Origin: a virus
Taxonomy: Duplodnaviria; Caudoviricetes
Virus record (IMG/VR): IMGVR_UViG_3300004241_000001
Span: 51,415-115,414 of that record
Strand: one strand, 5' to 3'
DNA: 64,000 nt
A model generated the notes under the pieces. The model worked only from the letters and a program-made list of their open reading frames with translations, was not told where the DNA came from and did no database searches. A program made the position numbers and the translations under genes. This document shows, in pieces, positions 30,490-39,418 of this stretch. The stretch's first letter is position 1. Every line of letters begins with the position of its first letter.

Positions 30490-31014
30490 TTATCGGCATA
30501 ATTCCTCCTTGCTTGAATAATAAATGCTTAATATTGTTCCTATCGACATTGGTTTAAATCCACAGATATCAACTCCGACATTAAATCTATTCTTTTGTAG
30601 ATTGCATGGATGTATAGAAACAGAATTATGAATATGTCCATGAAGATGAATTGAACCATGATGTTTTTTGTTCCAAGATTCAATAGGATAGTGGAATAAT
30701 ATAAACGTAACGCCTTCATATTTAAGTTCATAGTAATCTTTTACCCAAACTAATTTTGATTTTACTTTGCCATTTACGTTATCGTGATTACCTAAAATTA
30801 AATATTTTCTGCCGTTCAGTTTATCAAGTATATCAGCGACATTTGATTTTAAGGATAGATCGCCAATTATGTAAATATCATCTCGGTTTGTTACGATATT
30901 ATTCCAGTTTTTTATTAAAGTTTCGTTCATTTCTTCGACATCTTTAAATGGCCGGTTACAATGCTTTATTATATTTTCGTGAGAGAAATGTAAATCTGCG
31001 GTAAAGTAAATCAT
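30490..31014 (-). CDS. Calcineurin-like metallophosphoesterase
   Basis: DLH, GD, GNHD, HYP, HGHIH. Confidence 0.9.
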   Translation of the reverse strand: MIYFTADLHFSHENIIKHCNRPFKDVEEMNETLIKNWNNIVTNRDDIYIIGDLSLKSNVADILDKLNGRKYLILGNHDNVNGKVKSKLVWVKDYYELKYEGVTFILFHYPIESWNKKHHGSIHLHGHIHNSVSIHPCNLQKNRFNVGVDICGFKPMSIGTILSIYYSSKEELCR

Positions 31015-31022
31015 AATTACTC

Positions 31023-31826
31023 CTAACTGGCTTTGAATAAAACCATTTGTTTTGATTCTTGGTTTAGCTCTTGTTGGTAAGTTTCTTTTGAGAAATTCAG
31101 CTTTTTATTGAGATTGTTTTTAATGATGTAGAGATCTCTGGCTTTTGCCGCTGAGATTTCGTCATCAAAATATCCAATATGTTTAGATTTTCCATTTATT
31201 TTAAGTCTTACTCTGAACAGAGATGCTTTTTTGTCAAAATGAACTCCTAAAAAACTTGATGTAGGGCTTTTTCTATTTATGAAATTCATTGGGTCACTAT
31301 TTTTATACTCTTCTATATTGTCTGGAAAATTTAATACACAAAACTCTTTATGAAAGTGAAAGGCCCATATATCATAAAAATAAGCGGCTTCTCTTTCAGT
31401 TGGGAAATACCCTATATGTCTTTGTTTTTTATTGAATTTTATAGATGCCCTATATTTGTTTACCCTATTCTCGAAACATACTCCTTTAAAATTACCGCTT
31501 GTTTTATTTTTATTCATTTGGTTTTGAGATCGAGTAGCCAATCTTAAATTACATAATCTATTGTCTAATCTATTTTTATTAATATGATCAATTTCTAAAC
31601 CATTTTTTATAGATTTATATTTTAAAATAAAAACAAATCGGTGAGAGCTTATTCTTTTTTTGTTTGAGTTTGATTGTGCATATCCATTACTATTAATACT
31701 CCAACTATACCTATTAACCTCTTCAATAAACTCAGCGTCGCATATAGCCTCGCCTTTCCCATTCGCTAAAGGCACATGACAATATCCGTCTTCTCCGATC
31801 CAACACTCACGTTTTGTTCTTTTCAT
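31023..31826 (-). CDS. HNH endonuclease with two AP2 domains (free-standing homing endonuclease-like)
   Basis: IDHINKNRLDNRLCNLR; two HIGYF...AA AP2 repeats. Confidence 0.9.
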   Translation of the reverse strand: MKRTKRECWIGEDGYCHVPLANGKGEAICDAEFIEEVNRYSWSINSNGYAQSNSNKKRISSHRFVFILKYKSIKNGLEIDHINKNRLDNRLCNLRLATRSQNQMNKNKTSGNFKGVCFENRVNKYRASIKFNKKQRHIGYFPTEREAAYFYDIWAFHFHKEFCVLNFPDNIEEYKNSDPMNFINRKSPTSSFLGVHFDKKASLFRVRLKINGKSKHIGYFDDEISAAKARDLYIIKNNLNKKLNFSKETYQQELNQESKQMVLFKAS

Positions 31827-32283
31827 TTATTTTCTCCTTTCTTGTTTATGGCCTTTCCCCATATATCTATTGGAACTATGCAGTTGTCTAAATACACATT
31901 ATCGCAATTTCGAATTTCTAAATAAAATAGTAAGTCAAGCATTTCACCACTAATAGAAAGACCATAAAGCTCATTCCTTTTATTCTTGAATATAGAGATA
32001 TTTACGAGTGATATCCATATTTCAAATTTCTCAAATCCTCCACTATATCTTTTGTTTATTACTTTATATCTTATTATTGCTTGGTAGGAGTCTGTTAAAT
32101 TGCCATTTTTATCAATAATAGAGAAACTTCTGTTATAGTGTATGATAGATTTTTTATCAAAATTTGAGAAACTATAAAAAACTTGTCTTCTTATTTTCTT
32201 TCTAAAATTTTTTGGATTGCTATTACATTTATCAATGAAATGGACTATATAAAATAATAATAGAACGATTAATAAAATATATA

Positions 32284-33348
32284 TCATTGCCTTCCCCCTT
32301 TTTTATCTACCAATTTTTCCAAATCATCAGCGTTACCTCCAGCGTTACAGGAAAAACAATAAAAACTATAGTCATTATATATTTTAAAACTCGGAACTTT
32401 ATCTGCATGAAGTGGACAAGAAGCATTGAATAATATCTTTCCGCTTCCCGGTTTCAAATCCAAAATTCTACTATAAATTTCCATTGCCGTTTTTCCATCA
32501 ATTATTTTCTTCTCCATTACTCTTACCGCTTCTATTTCTTCCTGTCGCATTTGTTGAAACAAATCAGTCTCTTTAAAATCCTTTCGAGAAAAATTCTTTA
32601 TATTCGATATAATTTTTTGAAACTTTTCAACATTTCCTTTGCACTCAATAAGAATTTGGTTTATATCTATCTTTTTTTGACCGTCAGGCAGGGGTATCGA
32701 ACATACAACTACTTTCTTATCAGGAAATATTTTGGCTATCTCGTAGGCCATCTTATGACTTCCATTAAGACCTGATTGATTTTCCTCTGAGTCAAACATA
32801 ATAAAGATTTGATTCTTAAGATATAGTTTCTTTATAAAATCTCTCGATAATCTTTTAACACCGGCAATGCCAACAGCAGGAAAGCCTCCAAGTGTCATAC
32901 TTGCGACATCAAACCATCCTTCGCAAATAAACACATATTTCCCTGCTGTTGATAATTCCATTTCGTTTATAAAGTAAGAATTACTTCCTGGAAGATTCAT
33001 ATATTTCGATGGATGCTTGCCACTTAAATCTCTTCCTGACATGTAAACCGTATTGCCAAGAATATCAATAGGGAACACAATTCTGTTATAAAAGAAATCT
33101 CTTATTTGTCCTGTTTCTTCATTCTTCTTTACAAGATTGGACTCAAATACCCTTTGAGTTGTAAATCCTTTCCCTCTGATAAAGTTTGATAATCTTCCAT
33201 CCGCAAATCCAAGCCCCAACTTCTTTACGATTGGTCGCATAAATCCTCTTTGCCTTAGATATTCCATCGGGGCTTCATTTGCTTTTTCATCAAGTAATCT
33301 TTCTACATAGTATTTCATAGCAAGATTATTTACATCTATGCAACTCAT
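32284..33348 (-). CDS. dnaG: DnaG-type primase with the CHC2 zinc finger at the C-terminus
   Basis: YLRQRG, RIVFPI, SGR, KYMN, CEGWFD, MFDSE; C-terminal CPLHADKVPSF..FYCFSC. Confidence 0.88.
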   Translation of the reverse strand: MSCIDVNNLAMKYYVERLLDEKANEAPMEYLRQRGFMRPIVKKLGLGFADGRLSNFIRGKGFTTQRVFESNLVKKNEETGQIRDFFYNRIVFPIDILGNTVYMSGRDLSGKHPSKYMNLPGSNSYFINEMELSTAGKYVFICEGWFDVASMTLGGFPAVGIAGVKRLSRDFIKKLYLKNQIFIMFDSEENQSGLNGSHKMAYEIAKIFPDKKVVVCSIPLPDGQKKIDINQILIECKGNVEKFQKIISNIKNFSRKDFKETDLFQQMRQEEIEAVRVMEKKIIDGKTAMEIYSRILDLKPGSGKILFNASCPLHADKVPSFKIYNDYSFYCFSCNAGGNADDLEKLVDKKGGRQ

Positions 33349-33705
33349 AAAATCACCACTTTACAGCTTTTAAACATTCTTTAAGTATTTTATCAGCTTT
33401 CTTTTCTTGTCCTTTATAGAGGAGAGGTGATCTCCCAAATCTATTAAGCTCTCCTTTTATTATTTTATTTTTAACTAAGGTTTTGTATAAATCTATTCTC
33501 CATTCACATATTATTGAGATGGAACAACCAGAACAGGAAATAATAACTGGTTCTCTTTTATATCCAAGCTCTAAATCTATATTTGACATCCGATTGCCTT
33601 CAATAAGAAATCTTAAAAACTTTTTACAAAATGTTCTTATTGTCATTCCAACTTCAAGTTTAAGTTTTAAAACTTTCTCTATATTTACATCCATATTAAC
33701 CACCT

Positions 33706-35847
33706 TTATATTCCTAACTCATTATTTAAATATTGCTCTTGTTCTTTTAAATCTGAATAGATTCCAAGTCCTTTCTTTACCTTGTCCGATGTCGCTTTGC
33801 CAAGAATGTCTTCAAGGATATGAGTGTTATACATTACGTCTGAAATTGTTTTTATTCCTGCGAGATGAAGTTTTTTAGAATATGCTGCTCCAATTCCAGG
33901 GATTGAACATAATTCAGTTCTGCTTTCTGGAACGCCATACTTAAATCTCATTGCTAACATTTTCCAGAATCCCGATTTACCCCATAGTCTTGTTCGTAAA
34001 TCAATTTGAGATAAGGCAGATATAATCCTTTGAATATCTCTTCTTACTGTCATAACTTCATTTATCATATAATCTGGAAATTCACAGTCATTCATAGCAA
34101 AGTAATGAATCATTTGTAAATAAGTTTGAGCATCATGAACATTAAATCCACAGAGTTTTTTGAAGTATGCTCCAATATCTCGATCTATCCATTTCTTTAA
34201 ATCATAATTGCTTTTAATATTTACAAACGCTCCAGCGATAAGCCAATCTTTTTCTCTTTTTGTTTCGACTTTATGTTCTTGTTTAAAGAATGTTCCAAAA
34301 TTCATTTTCCAACAATTTACATCTTCTGGTATTAAATACATCATGGCCGTAACAATTCCAGTAGGAGTTGCAACATAATCATTACTTTCAAGTTTTTTTA
34401 TCATTTTTATATCTGTAAGTCGCTCAAACATAGAATCTGCCATAAGTTTTGACATTTTATTTTTTTGAGAATAAGCAAATGATCTTTTATACCATTCAAA
34501 GAAATCTTCAGGAGTTTTAATATATCCATTTTTTATTTCTGCAATAGCATGGAAATCTATCATAACGCCAGTCATACAAGAAGATATATTTTCTCCTTCT
34601 TTAACTCTCGCAACAACATCGCCATAGTCTCTTTCTGGAAGTAAGAAATAAACATCACCTTCTGTGTCATATTTAGGTCTTCCTGCTCGTCCAGCCATTT
34701 GATTTAATGTTGCAGTTGTAACATCATCAATTCTTCCAAACTTATTATGTGCTATTATAACTCTTCTTGCCGGCATATTAACGCCCCAAGCAAGACCTGG
34801 AGTTGATATTAAACATCTAAACTTCTTTTCGTTAAATTCATTGTATATTCTTGTTCTTTCGGAATAAGATAAGTCAGCATTATAGAACTCGCAGCTTATC
34901 CCATGTCTTGAAACAACATCGGCAATAGTTTTTTGAAACTTCTTAGAGGCACAGAATATTAAGAACAAATCATCAGGATATTGCATCATTAAATCTAATG
35001 ATATTTTAATTCTTAAACTTTCCTCTCCTTGATAAGTCGTTCCGGGGAATCTTACAAAGTGTCTATTCAATGAACAGGGCCTATAATTACTTTCATATAA
35101 TATTGTTTTTTTATTTGTTATTGATTCGATCCATTCAGAGAATTCATGTGAGTTTGGAGCAGTAGCAGTTGATAGCATTAATTGGCAATCAGGATTAAAC
35201 TTTGTAAATCCCATTATTGCTGACTCAAGTTTATCTCCACGAGTCTTTTCAGAAATCAAATGGCTTTCATCAATAAGTAATGCTCCCGTCTTAGAAAGCC
35301 AATTGTCATCGTCCTTATTATTTCTTCTGCAACTATCAAGCATTTCTGATGTCATTACAATTATGTCAGCATTATTCATTTCTTTCATTTTTGCATCAGT
35401 TTTTTCTTGATCGCCAGTCATTATACAAACTTTATATTTTGAAAAGAAATGTCTTTCGTCAGTCCAGTCTTGAAGTTTTTCATTTGAAAGAGCTTTTAAA
35501 GGAGAAAGGTATATTGCTTTCTTGCCGGCAGATATAATTTTAGAAGCAAGCATCTCAAACACAACAGTTTTTCCTGAAGCAGTTGGAGAAAGAACAATAA
35601 AATTATTATCTGTGTTTATTATTTTTTCAACTATTCCACTCTGCATCGGATTGAAATATTCAAAAGGGAATGTCATAAATGGAAAATCTGTAGTTTTAAA
35701 TAACTTTACATCTTCGCATAATGACGTATTATCTCTTGATGTTTCAATAGTATATGGTTCTTTTTTAAACTCTTGCGTTTGAGTTAATTGCTTTTCTTTT
35801 ATTATTTTCTTCTTTTTCTCTTTTTTTGCTTTAGTTAATGTTGCCAT
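33706..35847 (-). CDS. Ski2/Hel308-like SF2 helicase
   Basis: PTASGKT, SPLKAL, DESH, AWGVNMPARRVII, QMAGRAGRP, C-terminal HhH IPGIG. Confidence 0.88.
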   Translation of the reverse strand: MATLTKAKKEKKKKIIKEKQLTQTQEFKKEPYTIETSRDNTSLCEDVKLFKTTDFPFMTFPFEYFNPMQSGIVEKIINTDNNFIVLSPTASGKTVVFEMLASKIISAGKKAIYLSPLKALSNEKLQDWTDERHFFSKYKVCIMTGDQEKTDAKMKEMNNADIIVMTSEMLDSCRRNNKDDDNWLSKTGALLIDESHLISEKTRGDKLESAIMGFTKFNPDCQLMLSTATAPNSHEFSEWIESITNKKTILYESNYRPCSLNRHFVRFPGTTYQGEESLRIKISLDLMMQYPDDLFLIFCASKKFQKTIADVVSRHGISCEFYNADLSYSERTRIYNEFNEKKFRCLISTPGLAWGVNMPARRVIIAHNKFGRIDDVTTATLNQMAGRAGRPKYDTEGDVYFLLPERDYGDVVARVKEGENISSCMTGVMIDFHAIAEIKNGYIKTPEDFFEWYKRSFAYSQKNKMSKLMADSMFERLTDIKMIKKLESNDYVATPTGIVTAMMYLIPEDVNCWKMNFGTFFKQEHKVETKREKDWLIAGAFVNIKSNYDLKKWIDRDIGAYFKKLCGFNVHDAQTYLQMIHYFAMNDCEFPDYMINEVMTVRRDIQRIISALSQIDLRTRLWGKSGFWKMLAMRFKYGVPESRTELCSIPGIGAAYSKKLHLAGIKTISDVMYNTHILEDILGKATSDKVKKGLGIYSDLKEQEQYLNNELGI

Positions 35848-36329
35848 AAAATCACATCCTATACGTTAAGCCTATTCCGTTTTATTGCGTTATGTTCACC
35901 ACAGTCAGGGCAAACGAAGATAACTCTTGTTTCGTGTTCAGGATTATATATATTATTTTTTACTTCATCCGACATAAATTCCTGCATACAATTTTTGCAT
36001 TTAATAAGACGATTGTTTATTTCTGCTTTTGGCCAGTTTAATAAATCCTCTCCATATTTATCAATTAATATTTCAGATATTGGATTAACCTTAGCTTCAG
36101 TTTTTACTTCATATTTAACTTTCAATTTAATCACAACCTAATCTTCTAAAATTTGAACAACAATCGACTTCTCTTTTTATCTTACAAGTATTATAGAATT
36201 TACAATTAGAACATTTAAAGAAATCAAAGATATCGCTTAAATCTGGATGCTCTTTTTCAAGAACATATGAGAACTCAGTTAAATCTCTTGTCATAACATT
36301 TATTTCATCTTGAGAAAATTTCATAACTA

Positions 36330-36947
36330 TCACCTTTCTATTATTTTTTGTATTTTGATATCTTTAAAGTTTTTAATTATTTGCTTTAGATCTTTGTCTG
36401 ATATTAGATTCGGATCAACGGTTATTCTAAATTCATGTTCGATCTTTGACCGTTTAATAAGCTGCGAAGTAATAAAAGCAAGATTACCAAGTTCTTGACA
36501 AAAACTTTCTCTCTTGTCTTTTCTTAATTCTTCATATCTTTCAAATGGCATTTTTATATCCATAGCAATAAAATGAATAAGATTCTCTCTTATAATATTT
36601 GAAATTACCATTGGCCTTGTTCCATTTGTGTCGAGTTTTACTTTAAGTCTTGGAAACGATGTTTTTATTCTTCTTAAAAAATCAATTAAGCTATTTTGGA
36701 TTGTCGGCTCACCACCTGAAATTATTATTCCTTTAATTAATGGATTATTGTTAATTTCAATTAGTTTATTTTCTACTGCATTGCTTGCGATTACTGGTTG
36801 ATTATACATATCGACTTTATTATGGCAATATGGGCATTTAAGATTGCATTCTTTTGTAAAGAATATCCATGCCGGCCACGGAGCATCACAAGTCGTTGTA
36901 TTAAATCCAAATATATTAATATCTGGAAAGTTTGAGTTACTCATTAT
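36330..36947 (-). CDS. nrdG: Anaerobic RNR activase (radical SAM)
   Basis: CNLKCPYCHN, SGGEPT, KLDTNG, MDIK; near nrdD. Confidence 0.85.
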   Translation of the reverse strand: MMSNSNFPDINIFGFNTTTCDAPWPAWIFFTKECNLKCPYCHNKVDMYNQPVIASNAVENKLIEINNNPLIKGIIISGGEPTIQNSLIDFLRRIKTSFPRLKVKLDTNGTRPMVISNIIRENLIHFIAMDIKMPFERYEELRKDKRESFCQELGNLAFITSQLIKRSKIEHEFRITVDPNLISDKDLKQIIKNFKDIKIQKIIER

Positions 36948-37124
36948 TGTCACCTTCTTCTGAATCATATGCTCCAATTATTTCCATAAGTTTGTCTATA
37001 AATTCATATGCAGATGTTATAACTTCATCTGATTGATAAACCGTTTCAGGACAAGATATATTATGTTTCTCTTTAAATTTTACTATTTCTTTTAATAACT
37101 TATTTTTTACTTTATCATTCATAA

Positions 37125-37709
37125 TTACTCCTCTTTGATTCCAATTATTCCAAACGCTTTTCCCGTACAATGGTAAATATAACCGTCACCCCATTCGTCT
37201 AAATTATCTTTTCTTTTTATCATTATTCCTTTACTAACTAATGCCTCTAAGGTTTCATAATCGCTATGCCCTGATGTAGCAACAAAATAGTTGTGGTATG
37301 CCTTATTTGAATTGTCTAATCCGATTGTATGAAATATAACTCGAATTTCATTATCGGTAAAAGTAAGTTCTAACGAGTCTTTCAAGCATTCATGGCATAT
37401 AATCGTTTTATCTTCCAATGTGATATAACAAGTATCACAAAGCATTTTGCCGCATAATCCGCATTTTTCTAAATTCATTTCACTAAGGTCGTCATAATCT
37501 CGTTCAGGAATGCATTTGTTACACCTTGGAAATGCTGAATAAGTAACTTCGATATGTGATATAACAATAAAAATTTCGCCACATTTTCCGCATCGGTTTT
37601 CTTTTTCTTCTTTGTCATCCTCTGGCCCAAATTCCCAAGAGTCATTATCGACATGACCACAATAAGGACAAGTTATTTTGCTTTCGTGTTCTCTATTCTC
37701 AAACTTCAT
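37125..37709 (-). CDS. Multi-zinc-finger protein
   Basis: CPYC, CGKC, CGLC, CDTC, CHEC. Confidence 0.55.
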   Translation of the reverse strand: MKFENREHESKITCPYCGHVDNDSWEFGPEDDKEEKENRCGKCGEIFIVISHIEVTYSAFPRCNKCIPERDYDDLSEMNLEKCGLCGKMLCDTCYITLEDKTIICHECLKDSLELTFTDNEIRVIFHTIGLDNSNKAYHNYFVATSGHSDYETLEALVSKGIMIKRKDNLDEWGDGYIYHCTGKAFGIIGIKEE

Positions 37710-37728
37710 ATTCCCTCCAATTTTTAAT

Positions 37729-37757
37729 AGTATATACTATTTTATTCAAAAATACAA
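37729..37757 (-). promoter_or_regulatory. sigma70 promoter with 16-bp palindrome AATAGTATATACTATT (37726-37741)
   Basis: TTGTAT-17-TATACT. Confidence 0.7.
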
Positions 37758-37760
37758 GTT

Positions 37761-38381
37761 TTATTTATTCTTTCTTATATGTGGGCCATGTTCATGAAAA
37801 TAAACTGATTCACCTTTTGAAAGATTAAAGCACATAAGACATTTTTCACAATTGCCTTTGCATTCTTTAGCTTGTTTAGGGATATATGCAACATCGGCCT
37901 GATCTTTTAAATGTGCTACTGGAAAATTAAAAGGATTTACCACTATTACTTTTGGCCAAGACGAGAATATTATTTTTAAATTTTTTGGTATAAAGTCGTT
38001 TGAAAAACTATTGACTAAATCATACATTTTTGTAAAAATAATAAATTTACAGTCTTTATTTTCTACTGCTATAAGAATAACTCTTTTTAGATATTCAAGA
38101 TTTATTATATCTCCACTTACATGCCATCTAAAAAGTTTTACGTTTTTATATTTTATATATCCATCAATCTGCCTAAAATATAAATCAGGATTTTCTTTTA
38201 GAAGCTCTAAATTGTTATCATATGCCGCTCTTACTTTAGGATATTGAAGATAAGATTGCTTTGAGTAACATCTTTTTGCACATTCTTTACAATTACCGCA
38301 GGTTTTTATTGGCGGAAGAGATACGCTCGCGACCTTACCCATCTTTGAATTACCTACGCTTATTTTAACTATTCTTTCCAT
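37761..38381 (-). CDS. GP88-family radical-SAM-like Fe-S protein
   Basis: GNSKMG, SLPP..TC...C...CY, FRWHVSGD, C-terminal C.GNC..C..C. Confidence 0.7.
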   Translation of the reverse strand: MERIVKISVGNSKMGKVASVSLPPIKTCGNCKECAKRCYSKQSYLQYPKVRAAYDNNLELLKENPDLYFRQIDGYIKYKNVKLFRWHVSGDIINLEYLKRVILIAVENKDCKFIIFTKMYDLVNSFSNDFIPKNLKIIFSSWPKVIVVNPFNFPVAHLKDQADVAYIPKQAKECKGNCEKCLMCFNLSKGESVYFHEHGPHIRKNK

Positions 38382-38399
38382 ATTATTGCCTCCAATTAA

Positions 38400-38426
38400 A
38401 AAGACCGGCTTTCGCCGGCCTTAATT
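38400..38426 (-). repeat. 27-bp direct repeat, copy 1 (GNRA hairpin, terminator-like)
   Basis: aaagaccggctttcgccggccttaatt. Confidence 0.9.
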
Positions 38427-39376
38427 TATAACTTTTTAGCTATTTCATATATCACATTTACTGTTACGCCATTTCCTGCTTGTTTATAAAGCTGACTATC
38501 AGAATTGACCATTCTTGCTCTCTCAAAATATTCATCTGGAAATCCTTGAAGTCTAAAGCATTCTTTAGGAGTTAATCTGCGAATGCGTTTATTTTCTAAA
38601 ATCCCAGTTCTTGCAGAATGATTGTCAAGTCCTTTATAGTATGTTGCATTAAGACAAGTAAAATTATTTCTTTTTATTATATTTCCACGATTTATTGTGA
38701 CTAAATAAAGTCCAGTTTTAGCTCCAAGACCTCCACCTAGCCCAATTAAGTTTTTAGAAATTCCATCTTCATCATAGACTCTTTCTGCCATTGTTCCTGG
38801 AATTAATTCTTTAAGTTTTCCATTAGTTTTTCCATCATTTCTTTCGAGAGGAAATATTTTTCGTCTACGCTCTCCTCTAAGATATGCGATAATAAACACT
38901 CTTTCTCTGTTTTGTGGCACTCCATAATTTTTTGAGTTGATAACACACCATTCGATCTGGTCATACCCTGCATCCCGAATTGCAAGCAAGATTGATCCGA
39001 ATGTTCTTCCTTTGTCGTGGTTAAGAAGTCCTCTAACATTTTCCAAGAATAAAATTTTCGGTCGTTTTTCTTTTGCGAGTCGAAGTACGTCAAAAATAAC
39101 TGTTCCCCTTGTATCCTCAAAGCCTTGTCTTTTTCCGGCAATGGAGAAACTTTGGCAGCAAAATCCTCCGCACCAGATGTCGGCGTTTGGCAGATCCCTT
39201 GATTCAATTTTTGTAATGTCTTCTCCAAAATATTCATCCTCCTTTGGATTATGCATTGCTGTATAACTTTTATTAGCATACTTATCTATTTCTATATGTC
39301 CAACACATTCATGCCCTGCCATTTCTAGTCCTAAACGAAAACCTCCGATTCCAGAAAATATATCTAAAAATTTCAT
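38426..39376 (-). CDS. DNA cytosine-5 methyltransferase
   Basis: FSGIGG, GFCCQSFS, ENVRG, QNRER, RLQGFPD, QAGNGV. Confidence 0.95.
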   Translation of the reverse strand: MKFLDIFSGIGGFRLGLEMAGHECVGHIEIDKYANKSYTAMHNPKEDEYFGEDITKIESRDLPNADIWCGGFCCQSFSIAGKRQGFEDTRGTVIFDVLRLAKEKRPKILFLENVRGLLNHDKGRTFGSILLAIRDAGYDQIEWCVINSKNYGVPQNRERVFIIAYLRGERRRKIFPLERNDGKTNGKLKELIPGTMAERVYDEDGISKNLIGLGGGLGAKTGLYLVTINRGNIIKRNNFTCLNATYYKGLDNHSARTGILENKRIRRLTPKECFRLQGFPDEYFERARMVNSDSQLYKQAGNGVTVNVIYEIAKKL

Positions 39377-39390
39377 AACTCTCCTTACTT

Positions 39391-39417
39391 AAAGACCGGC
39401 TTTCGCCGGCCTTAATT
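39391..39417 (-). repeat. 27-bp direct repeat, copy 2
   Basis: Identical to 38400-38426. Confidence 0.9.
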
Positions 39418-39418
39418 G

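Noticed and set aside
31023-31826. Group I intron around the HNH gene
   Set aside because: Flanking genes are complete and abut it, leaving no room for an intron core.
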